The translations under genes were made by a program, and so were the position numbers. A model generated the notes under the pieces. The model saw only the letters and a list, made by a program, of their open reading frames with translations. It was not told the origin of the DNA and ran no database searches. Of a DNA stretch of 64,000 bases, positions 13,951-25,921 are shown in pieces; position 1 is the stretch's first letter; every line of letters begins with the position of its first letter. Origin of the DNA: Camelus dromedarius (taxonomy: Eukaryota); contig NC_087437.1 of NCBI RefSeq assembly GCF_036321535.1, positions 8,618,001-8,682,000 on the forward strand, written 5' to 3'.

Positions 13951-14287
13951 CTGTCACAAGGACTTTTTTTGTGGGACTTTTTTTCATGATTATACAGCGA
14001 ATGCTTGTAATAAATTATATAAGGAAGAAATTAAAAATCACCTGATATTCCTCCACCTTCAGATAAGCAGCATTATTGTTTTGGTAACAGTCCATTTATA
14101 AATCTCTTTATGCATTTCTATATATATAATTTCGAGGCAGTGGGCTTGTATTATATCCACTATTTCAGTTTGTTTTGCAGTCTTCTCTCTGATTTACCAT
14201 TCTCTTTCTCCTTCCCTCACTATTCACATGTTGCTTATCACACCTATGACACCAATAAAATAGCTCCAAGTCATATGATAAAACTTC

Positions 14288-14740
14288 TGTTATTTTCCTG
14301 AGGCTGCTATCATAACTGACCACAAACTAAAACAACACAAATTTATTCACTTGTATTGCTGGAGATCAGAAGTTCAAAATCTAGTATCACTGGGCTGAAA
14401 TTAAGTGTTGGCAGGGCTCTCAGGGAGAATCTGTTCCTTGCTGCTTCCTGCTTCTGGTGTCTGCTTGCATTCCTTGCTTTGTGGCCATGTGACTTCATTC
14501 TCTGCCTCCATGTTCACATTACTTCCCCTCTTCTGTGCATGTCATCTTCCTCTGCCTCTCTCTAATAAGGATACATATGATTGCATTAGGGGCCAACTGG
14601 ATAACCCAGGGTCATCGCCCCAATCCAAGATCCTTAATTTAATCACACCTGGCGGAGACCTTTTTCTCATAGTAGGTAACATTTATAGAATCTAGATATG
14701 GGGATCATATATCTGTGGGTGGCTATTATTCATCTACAAT
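14288..14740 (-). mobile_element. MLT1 LTR
   Basis: ggctgctatcataactgaccacaaac..ggagatcagaagttcaaaatc..caagatccttaatttaatcacacctg. Confidence 0.85.
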
Positions 14741-14749
14741 AAGCTCTAA

Positions 14750-15350
14750 GCTATCCTTTTTATTGATTTCATAATATTCCACAATATTAAAACTAATTCA
14801 ACCATTCCCCAACTGAAGTCTGTTTATTTTGCTGCCTAAAACATTTTGAAAACTTTTAAAATTATAAAAACAATAAATGCTAATAAAAATTTACCTTTAA
14901 CTTTACTTCCTTTTCCCTTTCAAAGATACAATAACTTATGTATCCATTCATAATTTCCAAGTATATATAAGCATATGTGTATTTATGTATGTATGTATAC
15001 TTTTTATACAGACCAGAAAGCTGTGCGTATGTATGTATGAACATTTTATAATTTATTTATTTTTACTAAATAATTTCTTGGAAATCAATATCTCATTAAA
15101 TATGAAAATGTATCTGCACACATAAATTATATAAATCTGCTATAGCCTATTAACCAGTTCCCTATTAATGACTATTTAGGTTGTTTTCATATATAGAAAT
15201 GTAAATATGATTAGTATATTATTTATATATATATATAAAGCTCTGTATCCTTATAATAAATTTCTAGCAGTGGAAATGTTAGATTAAGTGATATGTACAT
15301 TTTAAATGCCAGTAGAGACTACCAATTCTCCTTTTAAAAAGTTGCACTAA
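14750..15350 (-). mobile_element. Old L1 3' fragment
   Basis: AT-rich; 'taaccagttccctattaatgactatttaggttgtttt..cctagcagtggaaat'-type antisense L1 motifs. Confidence 0.6.
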
Positions 15351-16069
15351 TCAGGAAGCCGTTGAAGCCATTTTAAATAGATCATATAGATTTAACTCTA
15401 GTAAGATGTGATTGTGCCTGCAGTAATGAAGATGCACAAGAGTAGATATTAAAGACAGTCCCTGAGGATTAGTAAGCGCTGTCTCAGCAGAGAAGTTAGC
15501 AAGGAAGACATTATAGGGAGAGGGAAAGGCACAAAGATCAAAGAATATATAAGATCTTCAGGGAACAGCTCTGTGATTTTTGAAGAGCAAAAATTAGTAT
15601 TAATAAGATAATATAGCTTTAATTACAACGAGCAAATATTTGGTAAACATATGGCCAGAAGCATGAGCCCCTTTAGATTTAAGTTTCTCATGGCAGGCTC
15701 ACCTAACTGCTGTAACAAACATTCCCTAAACTTAGTGGCTTCTTAACCAAATAACAGCTTAGTTGTCTCTTATTGTCAAGGGGAAGAATTTTGCCACACT
15801 TAGCCTTTCAGAGATCTAGTTTTATTTTATTTATTAAAATTTCTTAAAACAATTTTATTGCGGTATAAATTCTGTACAGTAAACTACACATATTTCAGAT
15901 GTACAATTTGATGAATTTTGATAGATGTATACACCTATGAAACAATTAAGGCTGAGGGTCCATCATCTTTAGACCATGAATCTCAAAGTTGCTCTGCTGT
16001 CATGGTGTCAGCCAATCAACAGACGGGTGAAGGAAGGAAAAACATAAGGTACATTTACTTTTAATTGCC

Positions 16070-16392
16070 TTTTTCATTATCTGTTGCTGTATAACAAATT
16101 ATGTCAAAATTTGGCAGGATAAAACAGCACACCCTATCACACAGTTTCTGTCAGTCAGGTGTCTAGACGTGACCTAGCTGGGTCCTTTGTTTCAGGATCT
16201 ATCTCAGGTTACAATCAAAGTGTCAGCCAGGGCTGGGGTCTCATCTGAAAGCTCAAATAGGAAAGGATCCTTATTTAAACTCACTCACACGACTGCTGGC
16301 AGGATTCAGTTCCTCGAGGGCTGTTGAATTAGGGGTATTGGTTCCTTGCCATATTCCTCTTCCAACATGGAACTTGCTTCATCAAAGTGAGA

Positions 16393-16429
<37 letters not shown>

Positions 16430-16660
16430 GGACAGGAGAGGGGAGAGGAGGGGGAGAAAGGAAGGAAGAGGAACTTCTAGCATAATGGAAGTCACAAGCT
16501 TATATAGCAAATCATGGAGGTGATATTCTATTACCATTGCCATATTCAACTGGGCAGAAGAAAATCACCAGCCAGCCCATATTTAAGGGGAAGGGATTTC
16601 ATACAAGGGTGTGAAAACCAGGAGGCAGGGATCACTGGGGACGATTTTAGAATCTACTTG
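16070..16660 (-). mobile_element. MLT1 LTR with internal (GA)n
   Basis: tgttgctgtataacaaattat..ggctggggtctcatctgaaagctc..caagggtgtgaaaaccaggaggcagggatcactgggg. Confidence 0.85.
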
Positions 16661-17514
16661 GCACTATTGCATTGGTCCAAAGTGATATGTTACTCCCGAT
16701 ACATTTTATTAGCACAAAATTGTCAACACTGACCTCACTTAGATGCTAAAGGATTGAGTATATAGATTGTCTTCTATTCTTAGGAAGAAGAAATACATTT
16801 GATGAGCATCTCTCCAACCTCTGCCTCATGCATCCCTTGCATCCAGAGTTTTTCTCCCACTATGTTCACAAAAGGCCATTAAAGAAAATAGGGCCATAAT
16901 GTCTATGAAACAATTGGTATCTCTACCTTTATTATCAGTAGCATTTCTTTAAAATTCAAACAGTAGACAATTAATTTACCTATATTATAAACAGAATTTA
17001 TTTTGCTTACCTCCTCAATTGCTCTATGTTTGGCAAATTTATTATCTGGATATTTTGAACTACACTTTCATGGAAGGCATATGTTGGTAGAAGATCCTGA
17101 ATTTGGAAAGAATTTTTTTCCCATTTTGTACAGGTGAGTTTTAAATAGTGTCTTTATCTCACTCAAAAATGATTTCATCTTGCCTAAAGGAGGTCATAAT
17201 CCCACTGACAATAGAAGAGGACAAACAAAGCTAAATTGACTGCATGTCGAAAGTTTTATTTTCTGGTGGTAGAGCTGCCATTATATGGTGGGTAAGATTT
17301 GGTAAGTTATTTAAACTTCCTAGGTCTTACTTAAGATGCTTATCTCTTGATAATAAATTCCTCTCAGTTTTTGAATTCTATGATTCCATGAGAAATATCA
17401 CAAAATCTAACAACTTTTGAGTTCTATGATTCCATGAGTAATGGAATCAGAGTCTAATGCACACCATTATAGTTTTCAACTGGAAGAGTAATGTAAGATC
17501 AAATTTGTGTCTTC

Positions 17515-17915
17515 CTCATCTACTGCTGTGCAGAAGCTTTCAGTGGCCTACAACAGTCATGTTATTGTGCTCACAGATTCTGTAGGTCAGGAAATCAAAC
17601 AAGACCTCAGGGGAATAGGTTTCTGCTGTTACACAACATTTCAGGGCATTCCATGAGACTTGAATGTCTCATGGTGACTGAGTCCCATGAAGGAGGACTC
17701 CCTGGGAGTGACTAGAGATCAAGATTCTAAGACAAAGAGGCAGAAATATTGAGGCTTTTAATACTAAGCCTTGGAAGGCACATGGCATCATGATCACTAT
17801 GCTTGATTGGTTGAAACAGAAACAATCCTGCTTGGGTTCAGGGGGAAAGGACACAGACCCCGTTTTAAAGGGGAGGGATGTTAAAGAATTTGGGGCTATG
17901 TTGTAAAACTCCCAC
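17515..17915 (-). mobile_element. MLT1 LTR
   Basis: gctcacagattctgtaggtcaggaa..gccttggaaggcacatggcatca..aaagaatttggggctatgtt. Confidence 0.75.
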
Positions 17916-19449
17916 AGTTTAAAGCTACTTGTCATGAAATGTACTAGAACAAAACGCTAGAATTTGGGGGTTGGGTGTAAGGAGAATGGAATGGATTAGA
18001 GCCATGAATGAATTTTAGAGAAATAAGAGGGTACTTAATAAGAGTTTACAGTAATGGAATTTTTTATAGTTGGTAAAAATAGTTGATTAATAAATAAGAC
18101 CTCATCTTTCACTACTCTGTTTGGCATTACTGTCTCTTAAAAGGCATTATAACTAGGTAATTAATATGCTTGGTTGAAATAAAATAAGTTTAGTACATAT
18201 TGTCTTGGACACTTCATTTATGTATGTTACTTCTCTGGTCCCTTAGAGTCCAGAATGTTCTTCCTGGACTATTGTAACACACATGGTGCTTTTATGTATA
18301 ATATACCATTTCTTTTCATAATAACATTGCCAACATACAAATTATGAAGCCTTCTTAAAAATGAGGAACCTCTACTTCAGAGTGTGTCTCTTGGGCAAGG
18401 GTACCCTGGAGCTGCAATATAGTTCTTTTAATGGTAAGTTTAGTATTTGTGTCCATTAGGATTCTTTGTTTGCAAGAAAAAGAAAATAACATTCAAAGTG
18501 GTTTAAAAATAAATACAAATAATTAATACAAATAAATGCAAATATATTGTAAACTGACTATAACTCAATAAAACAATGTAATTAAAAAAATAAATACAAA
18601 TACTGCCATCAGACACATATATTTGCCAGCAGTGGGACAGCTTTCTGAAGGACCCAGTTTCTTTCCATGTTTCCTTAGCTCTCCTCAGCATATTGGCTTT
18701 GTCACTAACGCCTCCCAAGGTCATAATGCAGTCTTACAAACATGACAACCCCAGCAGGGTTCTCCCAATGGTTCCCTCTTCTTCATGTTGGTAAGACATT
18801 TCTCCAGAGCAGCACCATTATCCCCAGACCCTAGGCTGGAGGGCCCCTTATTAAATTCATTACTTCCAAGATTATTACTTGAAAGCAAAATTAAGGCTTT
18901 TCCAGCATTGAACAGGTTAAGGTAAATTGTTAGATGAGCTTTTTTTTTCCCCCCGCTGGACACCGTACTATATCCATTAGAGAATTCACTATAGAGTAAG
19001 CGTATTAGTAAGAGTAATTCTAGCTGCTATAACAAATATCACCCCCTTTCAAATACAATGGCTTAACACAACATTTTAATTTTCACTAAAGTAACAGGTT
19101 CGTGAAAGGAATCCTGGTTTGTGATTGGTTTTCCTCCCTGGGGAGATTCAAAGACCAGACTCTTTCCTTCTTGTTACTTCACTGTCCTGTTAGGGCTTCA
19201 GAGTTCCTTGCTTCAGGTGGCAGATGGAGAATGAGAAAGTGGAAAAGACCCAGCAGTTTTTTAACTACCTTGTTCTGGAAGTAACATATCTTCTGCTCAC
19301 ACGCTGTTGGTGGGAACTGGTGACAGGGATCTGCTGTAATATTAGAACTGGGAATGTAATCCATGGCAGGGATGCCATTTTGTGAAGTTGGTAGACGTTT
19401 CGCTATCTCTGTCACCATAGGCATTATACTATTCACTACTTCTTTCTAT

Positions 19450-19900
19450 AAGCAAAAAATAAGCATCTTGTACTAGCAGACTATGATCTAGGTGTTGAGG
19501 TTATTCTAAGGGTGGAAAAGGCACATCTTTGATGAGTCTAGTTGGAGAGGAAGGTAGATAGGAAATGATAATATAATGGGATACATGTCGTCTCAGAGAC
19601 ATGGACAAAGGGCCATTGGGAGCAGAGGTTGAAGTGCCTTAGTCTGTAGAATTCAGGACTTCATGAGGAATTTGCAGCGGAATTCCCAAAGAATGGGCAG
19701 GGGTTCAGCAGATAGGTAAGGGGAGGGGGAGGCTGGGCTAGGGTTTCCCTCATGGAGGGAAGAGCATGTGCAAAAGCAGAGAATGAGGAAGAGGTTGTAT
19801 GTGGAGTTTTTGGACTTGTGATAGGCAGGGCAGATGCCTGTAGTGACAGATCTTTGTACAAGGGTGTCAGAGTAGTGGGGGCATGAGAAAGACGAGCAAA
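19450..19900 (-). mobile_element. L2 fragment
   Basis: Purine-rich 'ggagggaagagcatgtgcaaaagcagaga' L2 signature. Confidence 0.6.
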
Positions 19901-20944
19901 GGACAGTCAGAGGAAGTGGATTTGCCTTGGGTAAAAGGAGATCAATATTTACTCAAGTTTTTGGAGGGAGATGGGAAACTGAAACAACAGATGCCCTGAA
20001 CCCTTTATCCTTCTTGATGGGCCTCAGAGAGACTTGAGAAGGGTTCTCTTCAGTGCCTCTGGGCTCGTTAACTGGAAAACGCTTGCTCGTTTTATGGTAC
20101 ATTACAACTCACAAAAGGAACTAATCATTGAAGTTTCCTGCTCTTTATGAGCTTCTAGGTATAAAATACGGACATAAACAAAAGGCTTATGGAAAGTAAA
20201 TAAGGGAACACATAACTAAGCGTCTGTGCTTTGTTCCGTTTTACTTTATTTTGCTGTCTCTCCCATTCCCTGGAGTGAGTCCTGTGCTGGGCGTTTCAAG
20301 ACACCGTGCTCATGGTGTGGGCATCCTCAAGCCATGCTGACATGGCTTCCGGAAACTGCGGTGATGGTGAAATCACGGTATATCCCGAGGCTGGGGAAAA
20401 TCTTTTTTTCAAAAAGGCCAATATAAATATCAGATTCGTGTATCATTCTCTTGCAGGATATATCCATCTTTCTGTTTACTCCCACTTGAATATTAAAACA
20501 AGTTTTAAATGATTAATATATGTCATAAACTTCAGGCAAAATGGGAAAAAGTGATGTCATAAATTAAGTGGATGGCAGGCCCTTAAGATTGTCATGGTCT
20601 CAAAAGCAAAAACTCATGCGGGAAAACACTGCATGGTTTGAATATATGGAATGGCAAAAGGAAAAGAATAATGATTTTTTCTGATGGTTCTGTGGGTCAG
20701 TTACTCTTGGCTCATTTTTGTCGTGTATCTTTTACCACTTATAACTTCTTTCTAAATAAATAAAAGAGAGAGAGCGCAGGAAAAGTAATGGAGTCCAAGC
20801 CATCAAGTCTTTGAATCAAATAATAGTTTGGTTACTTGAATTTTTTAAAATGATTTAAATGAATACAGGTGTTCAAAAGACATGCTCTTCTGCACCTTTA
20901 AATGTTGAAACAGAAACCCTTGCTAGACAACTAACTGTTGAAAC

Positions 20945-21012
20945 ATGCAAATATGCATGTGGATATGCAAAAATGCACGTAGATATGCAAATATACACAT
21001 GAGTATGCAAAT
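20945..21012. repeat. 20-bp period x4 repeat carrying ATGCAAAT octamers
   Basis: ATGCAAAT at 20945, 20985 and 21005; ATGCAAAA at 20965. Confidence 0.9.
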
Positions 21013-21214
21013 ACAAGACAACAAGCCTAAATACTCATTTTAAAGATTCTTTTAAACTCATTTTTCTGCATTGACCTTTCTCAATGTTTTTGAAATCTTG
21101 ACCTGACATGTCTATTCTTTGGTCTTGGTTTTTGTGTTTGTTAGACATTTAATCTTGATCTCAAAATCTCATTTATTTTCTGGCATCAACCATTACTTTA
21201 TTACTATTATTATT

Positions 21215-21630
21215 TTAACTGAGGTATAGTTGATTTATAACATTATATAATTTTAGGTATACAACATAGTGATTCACAGTTTTTAAGGATTGTGCCCCCT
21301 TTATAGTTATTATAAAATATGGGCTATATTCCCTGTGCTGTACAGTATATCTTGTAGCTTATTTTATGCATAGTGGTTTGTATCCTCTTAACCCCTACCC
21401 CTGTCTTGTTCCTCCTCACTTTCCTCTCCCCGCTGGTAACCACTATTTTGTTCTCTATATGTGTGAGGACACTACTTCTCGAAGTTTAACGTGCATTTCA
21501 GTCAGCTGGGGTCTTGTTCAAAAGCAGATTTTAATTCGGCAGGTGTGGGGCGAGATATTAGAAATGCAGACATTGGTTGGAAATAAGCTTCTAGGTGATG
21601 TTGCTGGCGCGGCTGGTCCAGGGACCGCAG
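21215..21630 (-). mobile_element. L1 3' tip (21215-21465) followed by a MER5A-like element
   Basis: gaggtatagttgatttataacattata.. L1 3'UTR. cttctcgaagtttaacgtgcatttcag..aagcttctaggtgatgttgctgg..ctggtccagggaccgca MER5 motifs. Confidence 0.75.
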
Positions 21631-23469
21631 GTTGTCATCTCGCGTCTTGGCGCAGAGCTGGGCTAGACGTCTGTTTCCCTCCGGCTGCTGCTTCAGGCCT
21701 GAGCTGTTGGAGAACATGGCAGGAGTACTTCCTGCCTGAGCGAGGCCTTGGGAACTGTGGTTGGCCTGCAACCAGGTCCAAATGATGCTATTTCCTGCTG
21801 CTTACTTAAGTTAGTGAGAGCAGTTGTTATGTTAGTGTCTTGGCTGCTAGCCTCTGGCTTTGTCCAAGGAGCTCAGATTTTCCATTTTTGTTCAATTAGT
21901 GACCTACATTGTTTGGAGGGTTAAGATCATCTTTGTTTTTGATAAATGGTTACAACACCTTTTTGAAAGCATTCTTTATCTGTCCCATCACCTTCTACTT
22001 TTCCATGGTTAAGTGTTTGACTCTGGCTAACGTTAGTAGCAACACGACTTTACGTCTGTGGTATCTCTGCTCTGCTTCCTCTCTCCTCTTCATGTGGGTG
22101 GCCCCTGGGACCGTGCTTAGTCTTTTAGTTTCATTTTGTTTAGAATCTCTGCTTTTGCTCGGGGTCTACGAAAGCTGCAAAATACATACCAGGCATTACT
22201 TAGAGATGAACATCGTAAATCCACTTATGGACTTCTAATTATGACTCAGATTCTGCCCAGAGCACTTGAGCACTAACATTCCTTCCATAAAGATGTAGTG
22301 AGTAAACTCTATGTACCAAACTGGCACTGTAGGAGGCTTTGAAAACGGAAAGAGGAGTCAGATAAGGTTCCATTGTGAGGGTTTCACAGTTTGGTGTTAG
22401 GTGACAAATACCCAAAGAGACAATCACAGCACTGTGTGTTGTATGGTGTAAAAAGGAGCATAAGATGCCTTGAATCAGACCTTGTTCTTCCCCATATGGA
22501 GTGAGGCTTAGTGGAGAGAGAAACAGTGGTGCCTGGAACATAATAATCAATATCTTACTTTGAATTAATAAATGGGGTACAATGTAGTGATGTGTGCAAG
22601 CTATTATGGTTTCTTCTGTCTTCCTTCATTTCCCCCCTTTTCAGGAATTCCTTTGGGAAATCAATTGTTTTCCTTTTCTCAGTCCACTGAATTTACATGG
22701 GACTATCCCCACCCCTAACTTCAATGCTAAACTAATCAGTGTGTTCCATACCCCCAGCCACGCCATCAGCACATGACCCCAGCTAAGCCAGCGAGAACAA
22801 GTCCGGAACTTTTGTTGAAGTTAGAGAGAAATATTAGCTTTTCCAATGGAACATCTGGGTGGAGTAATCAGATCTGTAGTTCTCTAAATCCATCTTTGCA
22901 GATGAAAAAAGCTCTCGTCTAAAAAGGGGCCGACACAGTGGACAGGAGAAAGGGGGGGTGGAAATATCAGGATTGAATCCTGACAACTCTTGACTTAAAG
23001 CCAGTCCTCTTCTTGCCTTTTACAAGACGTGTGAGCCTCTAATTCACCATTTTGCTTGAGTCAACTTGAGTATGTTTTCTGTTTCTTGCTACGTAAAGAC
23101 CTGCTTGACATGTATAGGAATCCAAAGCTAAAATCCGCTAACTCTGCTTGGGAGAAGATTTCACAGAAGTGAATCTCCAGCTGCGAGTTAGAGGCTAAGT
23201 GGAAGTGGACCAGCTAGATAAAGAAGGATGGGGATTCCCAGCAGAGGAAACAGTGCTGGCAAAGTACAGAGATGGAAAAAACAGTGTTGTATTATTTCTG
23301 ATCCATGAAGCAGAAGAGGCTATTACTTTTCCAATGTCTATGTCCTAGGTCTTCTTTCTTCCATTAACAGAATGTGAAGTTTTTATAAAAGAAATGGAGA
23401 TATGCTAAATTTACACAAAAACTGGCCTAGAAGATCTTTAGAGGGCAAAAGTAAAATTGGTACGTGGGT

Positions 23470-24000
23470 GTATTAGTTAGGATACTTTAGCTATGAGTAA
23501 CTAAAAACCTGATAACCATTAGCTTAAAACAAGGGATCATTCAGCATACACTTAACAACCCATTTAGATGTAGTGGTTCAAAGATTGGGTAGGAAGCTCA
23601 ATAATGTCATCAAAGACTCATTCTTTTTTCGTCCTTCCACTCTGCCATTCTCATCATGTTAGCTTTGGATCTCAGGTTTTTTGCCTCATGGTTGACCGGT
23701 GGCTGCCACTGTTCCAGACATCTCATCATACCCATATTACCAAAGTAGGAAACATGGAAGGAAACAAAAGAGTCTTCTACGTTTACATCTTTTTGTTTGT
23801 TTGTTTGTTTTAATTCATCATAGAGGATAACATGTCACGAAAACCTCCTCTATCCAAAAGATATTTTTCTTAGCAGTCACTGATCAGCACTAGGTTGCAT
23901 GCTACTCTTTAAGGAAATAAGACTGCAGGGATGGCTGAGAACAATCAGTTCACATCACAGAGCTCGGTCTATTGTATTCAAAATGAAATTAAGGGTCTAT
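23470..24000 (-). mobile_element. Old MLT1 LTR splitting the TIR remnant of unit 3
   Basis: tattagttaggatactttagctatgagtaac..gctcaataatgtcatcaaagac..ggctgccactgttccagacatc. Confidence 0.7.
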
Positions 24001-24502
24001 TAACTAGAGAATGGTTGCTACAAACACAGAGCTATAAACATAGTTGTTATGAAGGAAGTCAACAGAGTCTGTTTTAAGAGGTGTTCTGGATGAGGTGTCA
24101 ATATAAATACAGCCCCTTTATTGGTTATAAGCTGCTTCTCTCAGGGAACTGCTTCTTACAGTCCATCTTTCACAGGACAGTTTTAAAACCAACATCATTC
24201 TTGGCAAAACCCATTTGAACCTGGCATGACATTTAAAGTTGGAAAAGTATTTCTTCTTTTACCAGTAACTTGACCACATATTTTAGGAGACACGCTGCCC
24301 AGAGCTGAGTGAAAAACAACATCAATGATAAAAGCGCAGAATTAACGGGGAATAATGACATTGTGTATGTTTATTGGCTTTTCTTACCAAGATGCATTCA
24401 TAGAAATTTGTCTCATTTCATCTGTACAACCACATCTAAGTAGTAGCTAGTTTCTTCAGATCATTAATGAAAAAGTTGAGATACAAGGAGTATAAATAAC
24501 TT

Positions 24503-24730
24503 AAAATTTTAATTTTATTTCATTATTTTCTGGGGGTAATTAGGTTTATTTATTTTATTTTTTAGTCTTTTTTAAAAATTGAAGTATATTCAGTTACAAT
24601 GTGTCAATTCCTAGCATACAGCATAATGTTTCGGTCATTAGTTTATTTATTTAATGGAGGTACTGGGGACTGAACCCAGGACCTTGTGCATGCTAAGCAT
24701 GAACTCTGCGACTGAGTTATCCCCTCCCCC
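24503..24730 (-). mobile_element. Camelid tRNA-derived SINE (Vic-1-like) carrying a nested L1 3' tip, inserted in a MIR
   Basis: Reverse complement ggggaggggataactcagtcgcagagttcatgcttagcatgcacaaggtcctgggttcagtccccagtacctcca (A/B boxes). Target-site duplication (TSD) tataaataactt/tataaattactt. Confidence 0.85.
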
Positions 24731-25690
24731 TATAAATTACTTTTTAAAGTTACACAGCAAGTCAGGGAAAGAGCCAGGTCTAGGAAGAGCTTCTTACTCT
24801 AAGGCCCTTACAGTGATTTCCTAAAGCCTACAAATGCCAAATCTGTTCATTTCTCTATTTATCAAACACTGTTCCCTCAGTGAGATTAAGGTGGTGTCCA
24901 TCAACATGGAGCCATAAAATATTTCTTCAGCCGGAGTCAGTGATGATTTTCATACCCTTCTGGTGCAGGGACATCGTTTTGTCATTTTAGTGGTGCTCTG
25001 TGTCTCTGGATGGGACTTGTTTACCTCCTAGAGCACCTGCTCTCAGAGGCACCCAGCAAGCTCATTGGCGGTAGAATTTTAATGGGTTGTAGAAATTCTT
25101 AGGTGTTATTGCAGAACCTGAAAGAGGCAGGTATACACACCACGCCATGACCATTTCTAAAACCCCTTCTTTACTGCCACTGCTTCTTAGAACAACAGAT
25201 TAAAGGTGCCACATACGTTCTAGGTTTGGTTTTGTTTCATTTTGTGAGGGGCGTGATAGAAATAGACATGAGATAGTGAGACAAGCCCTGGTTTTAGATG
25301 TACAGAAAATTAGGTGCACATCTTCCCTGTAATTTTTTTCTGAGTGACCTGGGTGAGTCTGTTGGCTTCTGTTAGCTTAGTTTCCTCAGCAGTTATGTGA
25401 GAAAGATGATGCTTATGTGATGAGGAGGACGATGCTTTCGCACATTTCAGGTTTGTAGTGAAGTTGAAAAGCTTGGGGGTGCGACTGTCAGACAGCTTTT
25501 GCTTTTCCTTACAGTTTTCATCATATTACTTCATCCTTGGTGTCTTATTCCTGGACTCAACGAATGTGAAAGCAAGTCCCGGCTTTGTGTATTCACGGCC
25601 ATACGTGGCACTCCTCTAAGGGCTGTCTGTTGGTGCGAAAAACATCTCACCCCTCTCTTCCTTAGTTCGGGTCTCCTGATGTGTGTAACT

Positions 25691-25921
25691 CAGGGGTTCT
25701 CAGCCTTGGCACTATTGAAATTTTCGGCCAGATAATTCTGAGTTGTAAGGAGCTGTCCTGTGAATTTTAGGGTGTTTCTCAGTGTCTCTAGCCTCCACCC
25801 ACAGGTTATCAGCAACAGCCTACCTCGCCCCCATCAGTTATGGTGATCAAGAGTCTCCAGACACTGGCAAATGTCCCCAGGGAGGGTGGAAGGTAAAATT
25901 GCCCCCAGCTAAAAGCCACTG
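25691..25921 (+). mobile_element. MER20 (hAT-Charlie)
   Basis: caggggttctcagccttggcactattgaaattttcggccagataattc..aaattgcccccagctaaaagccactg. Confidence 0.9.

Larger units (their letters stand above)
12050..22280 (-). pseudogene. Decayed TLR-like pseudogene unit 4 (LRRNT-LRRs-TM-TIR); may be more than one gene
   Basis: Minus-strand LRR fragments: LKCSGQNLSHN (22238-22270), LARVKHLTMEK*KVMGQIKNAFKKVL (21953-22030), RIDMSGQDFKNIEKGQC (21068-21118), SFEHLYSFKSF (20848-20880), RKMDISCKRM (20444-20473), ALILLSSNNLGSNEF and GSFRKLSHCWQIYVSD (ORFs 18721-18963 and 18503-18724). Hydrophobic PSIVLIVAMKTCSNLLVTAVC at ~12690-12755. TIR-like RAFIK**KLQATFWVM (12311-12358), SLCLQP (12248-12265), GYLSRNI (12199-12219), ETQF*NHL (~12055-12080). 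Many stops, frameshifts and TE interruptions. Confidence 0.6.

Noticed and set aside
17369..17442. 28-bp direct repeat as a regulatory array
   Set aside because: It matches the ttctatgatt-type tail of the adjacent MIR3-like element; a simple local duplication.
20945..21012. CRISPR-like repeat-spacer array
   Set aside because: Eukaryotic DNA, a 20-bp period with related 12-bp spacers, and no cas genes.
24655..24730. tRNA gene
   Set aside because: The tRNA-like A/B boxes belong to a SINE with an AT-rich tail and TSD.
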